In this document: positions 9,996 to 32,113 of the stretch, piece by piece
Layout of the letters: every line of letters begins with the position of its first letter
Numbering within the stretch: position 1 is the first letter of the stretch
NCBI RefSeq assembly: GCF_001447785.1
Contig: NW_015162557.1
Span: forward strand, 127,886 to 186,765
Source of the DNA: Gekko japonicus
Lineage: Eukaryota
Length of the DNA: 58,880 nt
Direction: 5' to 3'
The notes under the pieces: generated by a model
Told to the model about the DNA's origin: nothing
Seen by the model: only the letters and a program-made list of their open reading frames with translations
The model's database searches: none
Translations under genes and position numbers: made by a program

Positions 9996-12900
9996 ATGGC
10001 CGCCAACGGGGCGGCCGTGGAGGAGGAAGCGGCCCTCGACCCCTGCTCAGCCCTGCGGCTGGTGGCCGCCGCCGCCTGGCACACGGTCCGGGAGCACCGG
10101 ATCCAGGACTTCTCCCGCGTGTTGAGACTGTTGGAGGCCGTGGAGGATGCGGCCCCCGAGCTGGTTCACTACCGGCACCTGGCCAAGTTGCGTCTCGGCC
10201 TCCAGGCCAAGGTGAGGCAGGAGGCGGCCCGTCCGGCTGTGCCACTTTCACTCCGGGGGAGTGAGGGAATTCTGGAGTGATTCTCCCACAGTGCTTTGCT
10301 TCCCAGCCCGGCTTCACTTCTTTCCGGCTCCTCCTTTTCTCAGGTGATAATGAACATGCTGAGGGAGGCAGAGTCAGACGGCAAGATCTACGATGCTATC
10401 GATACATACTTTCCGGAGCGAGAGCCACCCCCCCACCCCAAAGCCGTGAGTACTTGCAGTCTTGAGAATGCAGGCGGAATCCCTGCTTGCTCTTGTGAGC
10501 TGCCCCCGACTTACCACCCGTGTTCCCTTTAAGCTGTGTTAGTGTGAGATAGCTTGCTGTTTTTTTAGCCTCCGGCTCACACATTTCTGTCTTCACTCAG
10601 GAAGGACGGCTCTGGAGCAAACTGATTTATCCAGTAGCCAAATCGCTTGCTCACAGCTTTAATGCCAGGAGCTCACAAAGTAGAATTTTTGCTCACAAGA
10701 CTCCACAGCCTTAGAGGGAGCATTGCTTACCAATCTGCTTCTTCCCTTCCCAACAGACCGCTCATGATTTGAAATTAGTGCGGGTGGCCCGGGAGAACTT
10801 CCGGGATCTGGTCCTGGGACTGCTGAGTGACCAAAGACAACGGGAGACATACGTGCAGGTAAGTTAGGACTGGAAAATGAACAGGGCTGTGGCTCAGTGG
10901 GAGAGAGCATCTGTTTAGCATGCGGAAGGCCCCGGGTTCGATCCCTGGCATCTCCAGTTAAAGGACCAGGCAGTAGGTGAAGTGAAAGACCGCTGCCTGA
11001 GACTCTGGAGAGCCATGAAGTGGGGCTGTGGCTCAGTGGTAGAGTGTCTACTTGGCATGCAGAAGGCCCCAGGTTCGATCCCCGGCATCTCCAGTTAAAG
11101 GACCAGGCAGTAGGTGAAGTGAAAGACCGCTGCCTGAGACTCTGGAGAGCCATGAAGTGGGGCTGTGGCTCAGTGGTAGAGTGTCTACTTGGCATGCAGA
11201 AGGCCCCAGGTTCGATCCCTGGCATCTCCAGTTGAAGGACCAGGCAGTAGGTGAAGTGAAAGACCGCTGCCTGAGACTCTGGAGAGCGATGAAGTGGGGC
11301 TGTGGCTCAGTGGTAGAGTGTCTACTTGGCATGCAGAAGGCCCCAGGTTCGATCCCCGGCATCTCCAGTTAAAGGACCAGGCAGTAGGTGAAGTGAAAGA
11401 CCGCTGCCTGAGACTCTGGAGAGCCATGAAGTGGGGCTGTGGCTCAGTGGTAGAGTGTCTACTTGGCATGCAGAAGGCCCCAGGTTCGATCCCCGGCATC
11501 TCCAGTTGAAGGACCAGGCAGTAGGTGAAGTGAAAGACCGCTGCCTGAGACTCTGGAGAGCTGCTCCCAGTTTGAGTAGATGGCAATGACCTTGATGAAC
11601 CAATGGTCTGATTCAGTATAAGACAGTTCTGGAGAGGAGCCGTGGCTCAGTGGTATATCTGCTTGGCATGCAGAAGGTCCCAGGCTCAATCCCTGGCATC
11701 TCCAATTGAAAGGACTAGGTCAGAGGTGTCAATTTGTTATGAGGGACTGCTGAAGACGAGGTGGTCCTGCCATGCTGAAGCCACAATTGGAGTGGCTCCG
11801 CCCACTCCCTCCCGAGCAGTCTCCTGTTCCCCCCCCCCCGCACTAGTTATTTGTGGGCCGCATAAGAGCCCTGGACGGGCCAGTTCTGGTCTTGGTAGTA
11901 GCTGATGTGACGGATTTCTGCTTAACACCTTGGAGAGCTGCTGCCAAGTTCAAGTAGACAAGACTGACTTTGATGGGCCAGCAGTCCGATTCGGTAGAAG
12001 ACCTCTTCCTGTGTTCATGTGGCAGGAGTGACGACAGGGAACACCTTGAGAGGAAGCTCTGGGAACAATCTGTTTGCATGACGGAAGGGGTGGTGGTGTT
12101 TGATTCCTGTGTTGGGGTCAAGCAATACTGTGACGCAGGGGTCATTTCGTAGAAAAAGAGGTGCAGGGGCTCATTAGCATAACTCATTAACATGACTTTT
12201 TTGCATAGGCCACACCCCCTGACATCATCGGAAGTGTGTCAGAAGGCAACACCCATCGCTCAGGCTCCCCTGGACTGTTTTGGATTGCTAGCTATTGGGG
12301 GGGGGGGAATGTAGAGCATCGTCCNNNNNNNNNNNNNNNNNNNNNNNNNNNNNNNNNNNNNNNNNNNNNNNNNNNNNNNNNNNNNNNCCTTGGAGTTTTT
12401 GGGTTTGGGGGGGGGGGGTGGCTCTGCAACTGACCTGGCTGCTTCTTGCTCTGACTGAGGGCTGCTGGGAGCAGGGGCGGGGCTTGTTGCATGTGCCCGC
12501 CCCCTGGGCTCCTTACTGCCGGAGCTCCGCTCCTGTGCGCTCCTGTAGGAAATGACCCCCGCTGTGACGTATTTACATAACGTTAAGAGACAATGCAAGA
12601 CTTGATAGGCCATTTCCGTCTGAGCCGATAAACTCCCTTCTTGCAGAAGCACTTGGAAAACGACTATGGGGAAACCTTCCAAAGCGTAGTGGAGGAGCTC
12701 TTCTACGATTACCTGTGGCAGCTGGAGAGCACACTGCCCAAGCCCCGTTTCCAGCAGGTATGAGTTGGAACGATGCATTTCCTGGGCCCTAATTATGTGC
12801 TGGCCCTTCTGTCTCGCTGTTTTCCAGCCGTTCAGGGGCGGGGCTGTCACTCTGTGGTGGAGTTCCCAGTTTGCATGTGGCAGGTCCCAAGTTCAGTTCC

Positions 12901-15900
12901 CTGGCAACGGTTGGGGAAAAAAAGGTCAGCCGCAACAGAGCTGACACAAGCCATGGCCAGACCGACGCTGCCATTTGGAGTGGACGGTCTTGAGCAAGCG
13001 GAAGGGAATGCTATAGTTGAATGTCCTAAAGTGAATTAAAATACTCTGATTCTGCTGCTGGTAGGTGGGGGCTGGAGAAAGAAGGGGAAAGAGCCTAAAA
13101 CCCCGGGTAAATCTGAGAGAGAACTATGAAATAGAATTCATTATTTACTTCATTCATAGCCCACCTCTCTCCCAGTTAGGGTCCCAAACTGACTTGCATT
13201 GTTCTTCTTTCCTCCATTTTATCCTTACAACAACCCTGTGAGGTAGATTAGACTGTGAGTGTGTGCCTAGCCAAGGGCCGCTAAGCCAGCTTCTATGATG
13301 GAGGGTAGATTCGAGCTTGGGTCTCCCCGATCCTAGTCCAAAACTGTAACCGCGACACCGCAGATGCTTGTGTTGTGTGTACATGCAAAAGTATGGATAA
13401 ATTCCAATCAGTAACACCGAGAAAGGTCAAACTAGAGACACAAAACCGCATGACTTGTAAGAGAATGGAGAAGTTTCAGCCACAGTCGGGTAAGGTTGAA
13501 CTTTGACAAGGTTCAAAAAGCGGAACTTGGATTTCAGACTCTGACTTCGGAGGTTGAATCTTGGCTGTAAGAACGTTGAAAAGGTGGCATACAAACACTG
13601 TTCCCTCTAAGCTGAGTGAGTGTGAGCCAGCTCACAGTTTTTTAGGTTCCGGCTCACACATTTTTGTCTTAGCTCAGGAAGGAGGGCCCCAGAGCAAACT
13701 AATTTATTACAGTAGTCAAATCGCTCGCTCACAACTTTAATGCCAGGAGCTCACAAAGTAGAATTTTTGTTCACAAGACCCCACAGCTTAGAGGGAACAT
13801 TGCATACAAATATTAGAAATACAGAAATACAGAAATTGAACTGTAGCTACATCCTTAACCAGGATTAGCACTTGAAGCTGAAGTCAAGAGTTCAACCTTA
13901 CCCTGTATGCACAGTGTTGGAAACAAGAATGAACACCAGAAACAGAAGAATGGATACGAAAAATTCTGTCCATGGCAGAGATGGACAAAATTACGAAGAA
14001 ACTGAATAACAGGGAAGATCTTGACTTTTTTGAAGAATGGAATGACTTTAAACTTTATCTAGAAAAAAACTGGGATGTGAAGCACAATTTACTATGTTTA
14101 GAACAATATTGAGATTAATTGATGTTATCTTAAGATGTACTGGGGGGTCAAAGGGGGAAACATTGCGGGAAGCCACCAGGAGGGAGGGGGGATATGGGAA
14201 TATAGGTATAGGTTTAAGAATGATAATAGTTTTTTTTTTAACTGTAAGAGGTTATTTCCATGAAAATAAAAAATTCTTTTACCAAAAAAGAGTTCAACCT
14301 TACCCCTCTGAGTGTAGCTGAAATTCAGCTCAGTGTTGTATGTCATTTGATCTTACTTGAGATGTGATGGTCCGGGGGGGGGGGGGGAAAAAAATTAAAA
14401 AAAATTCCCCCCCCCTGAAGACTACCCTCCCCCCGTTTTCCCAGTGGAAAAACTGGAAATGCCGGGAAACACTGATGAAGCATTAGAAGATCTCATGAAA
14501 TATATATTTTTTCTGGAATGAATGAAATGTTCTTTAAGGCCAGTTTTACTCTCTCAATTTAAGTGGTGCGAGGATGCTTTTACAAAAACCATTCCCAGCA
14601 TTAAAAATGGTTGTCCCTGTGTGTACTATAGACGTGCACAACGTATTTTCCTGGGTATATTTGTTTAAACATCAGTATAAATTCTCCGCTATTAATTTGC
14701 TATAAAATCTAGGGTACCGTAGTGTTCCCCTGGGCGCCATGTTGGGGGATCAGTGTGCTAAACCCAGAGGAGGGACCGCTTTTCCCCCTTCACCCGCTGG
14801 ACCCACAGCCAAGCAGGGAGCTGTTAGCCTACAGTCTCGTCTTTTGGAGTTTTGTCTTGCACTGCCTCTGGCTCGGCCCTGACAAAGTCTGGAAAAGCCC
14901 CAATTCTGCATTTTCCTCTCCAGCTGCTGAAGGCCGCTCACACGCCGGATCCCGGCCAGTCTTCCCCCGATCCCAGTATCCTGTGCAGATACCTCTCAGA
15001 CATGGGGTACCAGACCACAGGTGGGTATGCGGGGGCTGCAGCATGCGCCAGCGCTGGTCATTCCGTCTTCTCCCCTGTTCAGTCCCGTCCGTCCTTGTCC
15101 TCACCAGTGTTCCCTCTAAGCTGAGTTAGTGTGAGCCAGCTCAGTTTTTTAGCCTCCAGCTCACAGATTTTTGTCTCAGCTCAGGAAGGAGGGCTCCAGA
15201 GCAAACTAATTTATCCAGTAGCCAAATCACTCGCTCACAGCTTTAATGCCAGTAGCTCACAAGGTAGAATTTTTGCTCACAAGGCTCCACAGCTTAGAGG
15301 GAACATTGTTTTTTGAACAGTGTTTCTCCCTCCCAGAGTTCTCCACACCTCCGTGCTGTCCCGGCCAGTCCAGGCCCGTGTACCAGAGCGAGGACAATCA
15401 GCAGCAGCAGCCAGGGACATCCGAATCCAGGCAACCGCTGAACCCGCACAGGAGCAGAAGAAAGAGGAGCTGCCCGCCCTGTGCGCCGGAACTGTAAGCA
15501 CCTCCCAGCCCCGCCTCCTCTGCCCCCTCCTGCTCCTCCGACCCTGCTCACGGCATCCTCTCTTCCCACTTCCAGGGATTCCCCGGGGAACCACACAGGC
15601 CTCCGGTTGCCAGGCGACCACGAGACAGGTAGGTCTTGGTACTTCCGTGCTATAGAACTCTGCCATGAGGTTGACGATAACTGGTTTTTCTCTTTCCCCA
15701 CCTTCAGGTATGTTTGTTTAATTCATCTACACCCTGCCTCTCTCCCCAATGGGGACCCAAAAGCGCTTACATCCTTCTCCCCGCCTCCGTTTTATCCTCA
15801 CAACAACCCTGCGAGGGAGGTCAGGCATGATTTGGGAGGAGCTGGCTCCAGCGTTCTGCCGGGAGGCGTGTCAGTAGCCTCTTTCCTGGCACAGCCCCTC

Positions 15901-17671
15901 TTCTTGCCACAGGAGCCGTTTGTCCCCCCCGCCCACCTCATGTCTCTCTACCTTTGTCTGTGTTTGGCTGTTCTCTGAGCCAGTTTGGGGTAGTGGTTAA
16001 GTGTGCAGACTCTAATCTGGGAGAACTGGGTTTGATTCCCAGCTGCTGCTGGATGACCTTGAGCAAGCCATGGTTCTGATAAGAGCTGTCCTTGAAAAAC
16101 AGCAGTTTCTTTCAGAGCTCTCTCAGCCCCACCAACCTCACCAGGTGTCTGTTGTGGGGAAGGGAAGGGAAAGGAGTCTGTAAGCTGCTCTGAGACTCCT
16201 TTGGGTAGTGAAGGGCAGGGTATAAATCCAATCTCTTCTTCTTGAACTGTCTTGTCTCTAGTAAGGAGGGGAAGGGAGACAGATTGCCAAGGGGAGCTAG
16301 TTCTGGGCCTTTTATTTATTCCCTTATTTCCTCCATGTATACCCCCCAACAGGGACCCAAGACTACTCACGTCATTCTCCTTTCCTCAGTTTCATCCTCA
16401 CAAGAACCCTGTGAAGTAGGTTGGGCCAAGAGTGCGTGACTGGCCCAAGGTCACTCCCAGCAGGCTTCCCTGGCTGCGTGGATTCGAACCCGGGTCTCCC
16501 GGATCGAACACTCTAATCAGAAAGGGCAGGAAAAGGCAGCTTACGAATGACATTGGCGGAAGAGGCTGGGCCCTGCACTCCCCTCAGCCCTGGGCCTTTG
16601 TCTCTTGAAGCTCCACCTGGCGCCGCTCAGAGGCGTCCTCCCCAAAAGGACAGCAGGCAGCTTGCGGGCTCCCCAGGCATGTTGAATCACCCCAGAGCCC
16701 ACTGGCCACAAAACCACCCCCTCCCCTGGGGAAGATGCGGCTGGGGGCGGTGGCGTCAGAGGGCACAGCCGATCCAGCCAGGGCAAGCGCGCGCCCCCCC
16801 AACTCTGCCGTCTGTCCTCTTCGCAGGTGAACCTGACGACATCGTGGCCGATTCAAGTGGCGAAAGGGAGAACTCCCCTTTCAAGAAGGTGAGGCCAGAT
16901 CCGGCAGGGAGCTGTCGGGGCGAAGGGGGGGCTCGGGAGACCTCTGGAGGAGGCCCAGCTGAACGGGGAGGGTGGGAACAGCAGAGGGGAGGGGGTGGGG
17001 CCCAGGTGGACCTGAAGGTGGCCTGGCAGGCTGTGTCGGGAACGCAAGTGGGTCAAGGCCTGGCTGGCTTGAGGCTTCCCTGTGGTTAAAGGGGAGCAGC
17101 TCAGTGTGTGTGTGGGGGGGGAAGCTCCAGGCACTGGTGACCAGTGTTCCCTCTAAGCTGAGTCAGTGTGAGCTAACTAAGTTTTTTTTAGCCTCCGGCT
17201 CACACATTTTTGTCTCAGCTCAGGAAGGATGGGGCTCCAGAGCAGAGTAATTTATGCAGCAGCCGAACCGCTTGCTCGCAGCTTTCATGCCAGGAGCTCG
17301 CAAAGTAGAATCTTTGCTCACGAGACCCCACAGCCGAGGGCAGTGTTCCCTCTACGCTGAGTTAGTGTGAGCTAGCTCACAAGTTTTTAGCCTCCAGCTC
17401 ATGGATTCTTGTCTTAGCTCAGGAAGAATGGCCCCAGAGCAAACTAATTTATGTAGTAGCCAAATCGTTTGCTTACAACTTTAATGGCAGCAGCTCAGAA
17501 TGTAGAATTTTTGCTCACAAGACTCCACAGCTTAGAGGGAACATTGGCCGAGGGGGAGCGTTGCTGGTGACCCTCCTCCCTTTCCCCCAGCAGAGCGAGT
17601 ACCACTGCACCCGCCACAACACCCTCATCCCGACTTTCCGCGACCACCTGGTGGACACCGAGAGCGAGTGA
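9996..17671 (+). CDS. TINF2: TERF1-interacting nuclear factor 2 (TIN2, shelterin): join(9996..10211,10344..10445,10757..10858,12647..12757,14924..15020,15337..15493,15576..15628,16827..16888,17591..17671), ~326 aa
   Basis: N-terminal TRFH-like domain (ALRLVAAAAWHTVR...FSRVL...PELVHYRHLAKLRLGLQAK; DYGETFQSVVEELFYDYLWQLESTLPKP) matches TIN2. C-terminal DIVADSSGE and RHNTLIPTF match the TIN2L motifs DLVLDSDEE and KFDTLIPTL. All junctions are GT-AG and in phase. Exons 6-7 are the least certain. Confidence 0.9.
10884..11629 (+). repeat. 137-bp tandem array (5 units) of a tRNA-Ala-derived (Squam2-like) SINE 5' part in TINF2 intron 3
   Basis: Units start at 10884, 11022, 11159, 11296 and 11433. Each has A box TGGCTCAGTGG and B box GGTTCGATCC. 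The last unit continues into the SINE 3' body. Confidence 0.9.
12136..12561 (+). mobile_element. hAT-type MITE (CAGGGGTCATTT...AAATGACCCC); other copies ~24966-25650, 30204-30596 (-), 51006-51411
   Basis: TIRs; 8-bp TSD ctgtgacg; contains an assembly gap. Confidence 0.8.
13905..14282 (+). mobile_element. L1-clade LINE 3' fragment
   Basis: Encodes ...MAEMDKITKKLNN...EEWNDFK.Y.EK.W, as does the copy at 27607-27972; A-rich 3' end with AATAAA. Confidence 0.7.
15977..16243 (+). mobile_element. Squam3-like SINE
   Basis: Head gagccagtttgg...; tail (TTC)n. Confidence 0.8.
17142..17563 (+). mobile_element. 206-bp-family hAT MITE with a second copy (17341-17546) nested in its right TIR
   Basis: Outer TSD ctggtgac; inner TSD gccgaggg. 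Confidence 0.85.
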
Positions 17672-17886
17672 GTGGTCCTCCGCAGCCGGGGACCCCTGAA
17701 CACTCGGTTGACCAACAACCCCTTGACCAAGAGGTCCCTTTTCTTCTTCCTCTCCCTCCCTCCAAAGACCCGATGCTTTCTCAGACGGGGAGACTCCAGC
17801 CGAGACCTGACTGCCCCCTCTCCCTCCTCCTCCTCCGCGCAACCCGCACACAGCTGGGCCAGCCGCCCGAGGTCACGTCAGCGCTT

Positions 17887-17908
17887 TTTATTATATAATT
17901 TCAGTAAA
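17887..17908. terminator. Paired poly(A) signals: GMPR2 AATAAA (- strand, 17887-17892) and TINF2 AGTAAA (+ strand, 17903-17908)
   Basis: The only AT-rich patch between the TINF2 stop (17671) and the GMPR2 stop (18276): ttttattatataatttcagtaaa. Confidence 0.65.
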
Positions 17909-18275
17909 GACTGTGAAACCTTTGACATTTCTCTCTCCGTCTGTCTCGCGACCCGTCACAGGGAGGGAGGACGGGAAAGCGGGGTTGGGGAGCACCCTCG
18001 CTCACGGGGCGGGGACGCCCCCCTCCCCAGGGTGCACACACTCCACCTCACACACACCCCCCACGTAACTGGAGCTGGGGGGGGAACCAGAGTGTGCACT
18101 GGAATGAACCAGGAAATGGCAGCGGATCTCTGCCTGGAGTGAAGAGGGCCTGCGTGATTGGTCGGCGTCTGGAATGAGAAGATGCTGGACGTCTGGCCAG
18201 TCTCCGCTCCCAAAAGGTAGGCGGATGGGGGTCAGTGTGTGAGCGACCGGAGCCGCTTCCTCCCAAGGCGTCGCG

Positions 18276-29063
<10,788 letters not shown>

Positions 29064-29282
29064 TTTGGACCTCTGCACCAAAAAAAGAAAAAGCCAAGGG
29101 ATCACATCAGAAAGGTGCCAGGAATCCTGTGTGATTTCACAAAGGGCTGAGAACTTGGAGGAGCAGATTTAAAAGTTTCAGCGGACCGGTCAGTGAGGGC
29201 CAACGTTAACCAATGTGACAGTGAGCGTTAATGAAGGGCACACTTGTGTTTTTATGTGGTGTGTTATCCTAACAGAGACATA

Positions 29283-29762
29283 GACGGTCAGACCAGAACC
29301 AACGGGTTGAAATTAGATCAGAAGAGTTTTCGGCTAAACATGAGGAAGGACTTCCTGGCAGTTCGAGCGGTTCCTCAGTGGAACAGGCTTCCTCGGGAGG
29401 TGGCGGGCTCACCTCCTTTGGAGGTTTTCAGACAGAGGCTGGATGGCCATCGGACAGCAGTGCTGATCCTGTGAACTTAGGCAGATCACGGGAAGGGAGG
29501 GCGGGAAGGGCTGCCTCAGTGCTTAGTTCTCGTGGCCCTTTCTTACACGCCCAGGGAAATGGTGATCACCACTTTGGGGTCAGGGAGCCATTTTTCTCCA
29601 GGCCACTTTGGCCGGGGATCCTGAAGGTTTTTTGTCGTCTTCTGGGCATGGAACAGGGGTCACTGGGGATGTGGGGGGGGGAGGTATTTGTGAATTTCCT
29701 GCATCATGCAGGGGGTTGGACTAGATGACCCTGGAGGTCCCTTCCAACTCTATGCTTCTGTG
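29283..29762 (+). mobile_element. CR1 LINE 3' fragment
   Basis: TRTNGLKL...[11 protein letters not shown] plus CR1 3' UTR. Confidence 0.85.
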
Positions 29763-31176
29763 ATCTTTCCCAGTGGTTTTTGTTTCTAAGTGCTTACCTT
29801 TAACAAAGGGTGTAACTTCTGGGAGTTCTGGCTTGCTAGCAGCTTTTCATGGCACCCGTTTTTAGCTCAACCCCTGGCTCCTTTTGCCTTGGAAAGAACA
29901 TACTGTACAAGTCAGGACTCTGCTCCTTGAGCCTCTCATGAGATCTGAACTGCTGCTCCCAATACAGGCCCTTGACCCTCTACGACTAGCTTCCTTCACA
30001 TGTCTTCAGTGTACCATCTGCTGCCCCAAGTCCAGCACCCTGACCTTCCGTATCCTGCTGCAGATCTGAGACCACCTGACACTGCTTTCAACATCTCCTC
30101 CATTTTTAGGCTTACGTTAAACCCACGATCCTCTGACTGAACTCTGGCAGAGCTGGCATCGCCAGGATTTCGCCCCAACTCTGCTCCATCACATTCTTCT
30201 AAGTAGGGGTCATATCCTGCGGGGAGCGCACAGGAGCGGAGCTCCGGCAGTAAGGAGCCCAGGGGGCGGGCACATGCAACAAGCCCTGCCCCCTGCTTTC
30301 AGCAGCCCTCAGTTGGGCCACGAGGAACAAGCAGCAGCCAAGTAAGTTGCAAAGCCCCCCCCCCGCCCCGGCCCTCCTTCAGGTACAAGCTCTCCCTCCT
30401 CTGTGACGGCAGATCTGTGAGTCCCCCCCCCCCCAGTAGCTAGCAGTCCAAAACAGTCCAGTGGAGCCTGAGTAGTGGGTGTTGCCTTCTGACACACGTC
30501 CGGTGATGTCAGGGGTGTGTGGCATATGCAAATAAGCTATGCAAATGAGTTATGGTAATGAGCTCCTGCACCTCTTCTTCTACCAAATGACCCCTGCTTC
30601 TAAAGCTTATTTCCACACCCAGTGCCATCCGTGGCAGGCAATGTCTACCCGTTTCACATCAGCCTTGTTTCTGCACAAGCATGCTTAGGTAGACGCTGTC
30701 TCTCTCAAAATCAACTGAATGTTTGCCTGTAATAGAGACAGAGGCATTAACTGCAATTGTAGCACATAAGAGAAAGCCTGCTAGATTAGACCAAACACTC
30801 ATCTAGTCCAGCATCCTGTTTGCCCACATTGGTCAGTCAGACCTTCCTGGAAAGTTTGCAAGCTGGGGCATGGAGGTTAAGGAGGAAGTCTCTTGCTGGC
30901 TGCCCCCCACTGGCAGCTGGTTTTGAGAACAGCTAGGTTTGAGTCCAGAAGTGCCTTAGACACCAACAAGATTTTGGGGTTACGCGAGTCAAAGCTCCCT
31001 TCGTCAGATACAAGTAGGAATGGAGTTCCCTGAGACCTCATATTGAAAGCTCATGTCCCCAAAATCTTGTTGGGACTCGAATCTAGCTGCTCTACGAAAG
31101 ACCAACACGGCTACCCTCTGAAACAATCTTCATGGTTCTGAGATGTGCACTGCCTCTGCATACGGAAGCTCTAGTT

Positions 31177-31611
31177 CAGGGGTGTCGAATTCATTTGTTA
31201 CGAGGGCCGGATCTGACATAAATGAGGCCTTGTTGGGCTGGGCCACGCGTGTCATAAAATGTAATGCCAGGGAGCGGAGAGATAAACTTTATAAAGGACA
31301 CAAACACAAAGGTGTGTTTTTTAAAACTTAAAATAAGAACATGCTTAAAACATTAGCACGCTTGCAATATTTGGTTTATTTAACAGTGTCTGATAACTGA
31401 CACCTCTTGCTCTCTGAATTATTGCATCAGAATGTCTGTGCTGTTTCAATCTTATGCTGCTCAGGTGTGAATCTGTAAGCTGCAAACCGACGATGACGCA
31501 GCAGCAGCAGAACTGGAAGAAGAAGCAGGAGATGGCCAGCTCCGCTGCGGGCCTGATAGAAGTCCTCCAGGGGCCTGATCCGGCCCCCAGGCCACATGTT
31601 TGACACCCCTG
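31177..31611. mobile_element. hAT/Charlie-type MITE
   Basis: TIR CAGGGGTGTC...GACACCCCTG; TSD ctctagt(t/g). Confidence 0.8.
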
Positions 31612-32113
31612 CTCTAGTGAGCTACTGTGCCTATCAACCATCTGTAGATCTAGCCTTGAATCTGTTGAATACCCTTTTAATTCTACCTGAGTTAGTGGCC
31701 ATCACCAGATCCCATGGCAATGAGCCTGTGATTACAGTCTGTGAAGAAATGCCTCCTTCTGTCCATCAGTCTTACTGGGCGACCTTGAGTTCTAGCATTA
31801 TGGATGAGGGAGAAAAGGGGTTCTCTCCTCTTTCCCCACGTCATGCGTGATTTCCAAGTCTCAGTCCTGCCCCACCCCAACGGTGGAGAGATTCAAACTC
31901 AGCCTCTCCTCCTGGATCTTTTGGATTCCCCATTTCTACACGCCATCCCATACGGCGGCACCTTTTGCAAGGCTGTCCCGTGCTGTTGGCTGTGCCAGTC
32001 TTGGATAGCAACCCAAGACCTCTGACTCGCTCTATAAAACCCACTTTCGGCTCCCCTTTTCCCTGCACGTAGACTTCCGGGTACCTGATGTCAGATTACG
32101 AGTCCGCACTCAC

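Noticed and set aside
10884-11510. Cluster of genuine tRNA-Ala genes
   Set aside because: Mismatches in acceptor, anticodon and T stems; GGC anticodon is atypical for eukaryotic tRNA-Ala; no oligo-T terminator; each head continues into a SINE body found elsewhere in the window.
15495-15497. Premature stop making TINF2 a pseudogene
   Set aside because: The TAA lies in the donor (CT|gtaagc) of an 82-bp intron whose removal restores the frame through to the conserved last exon.
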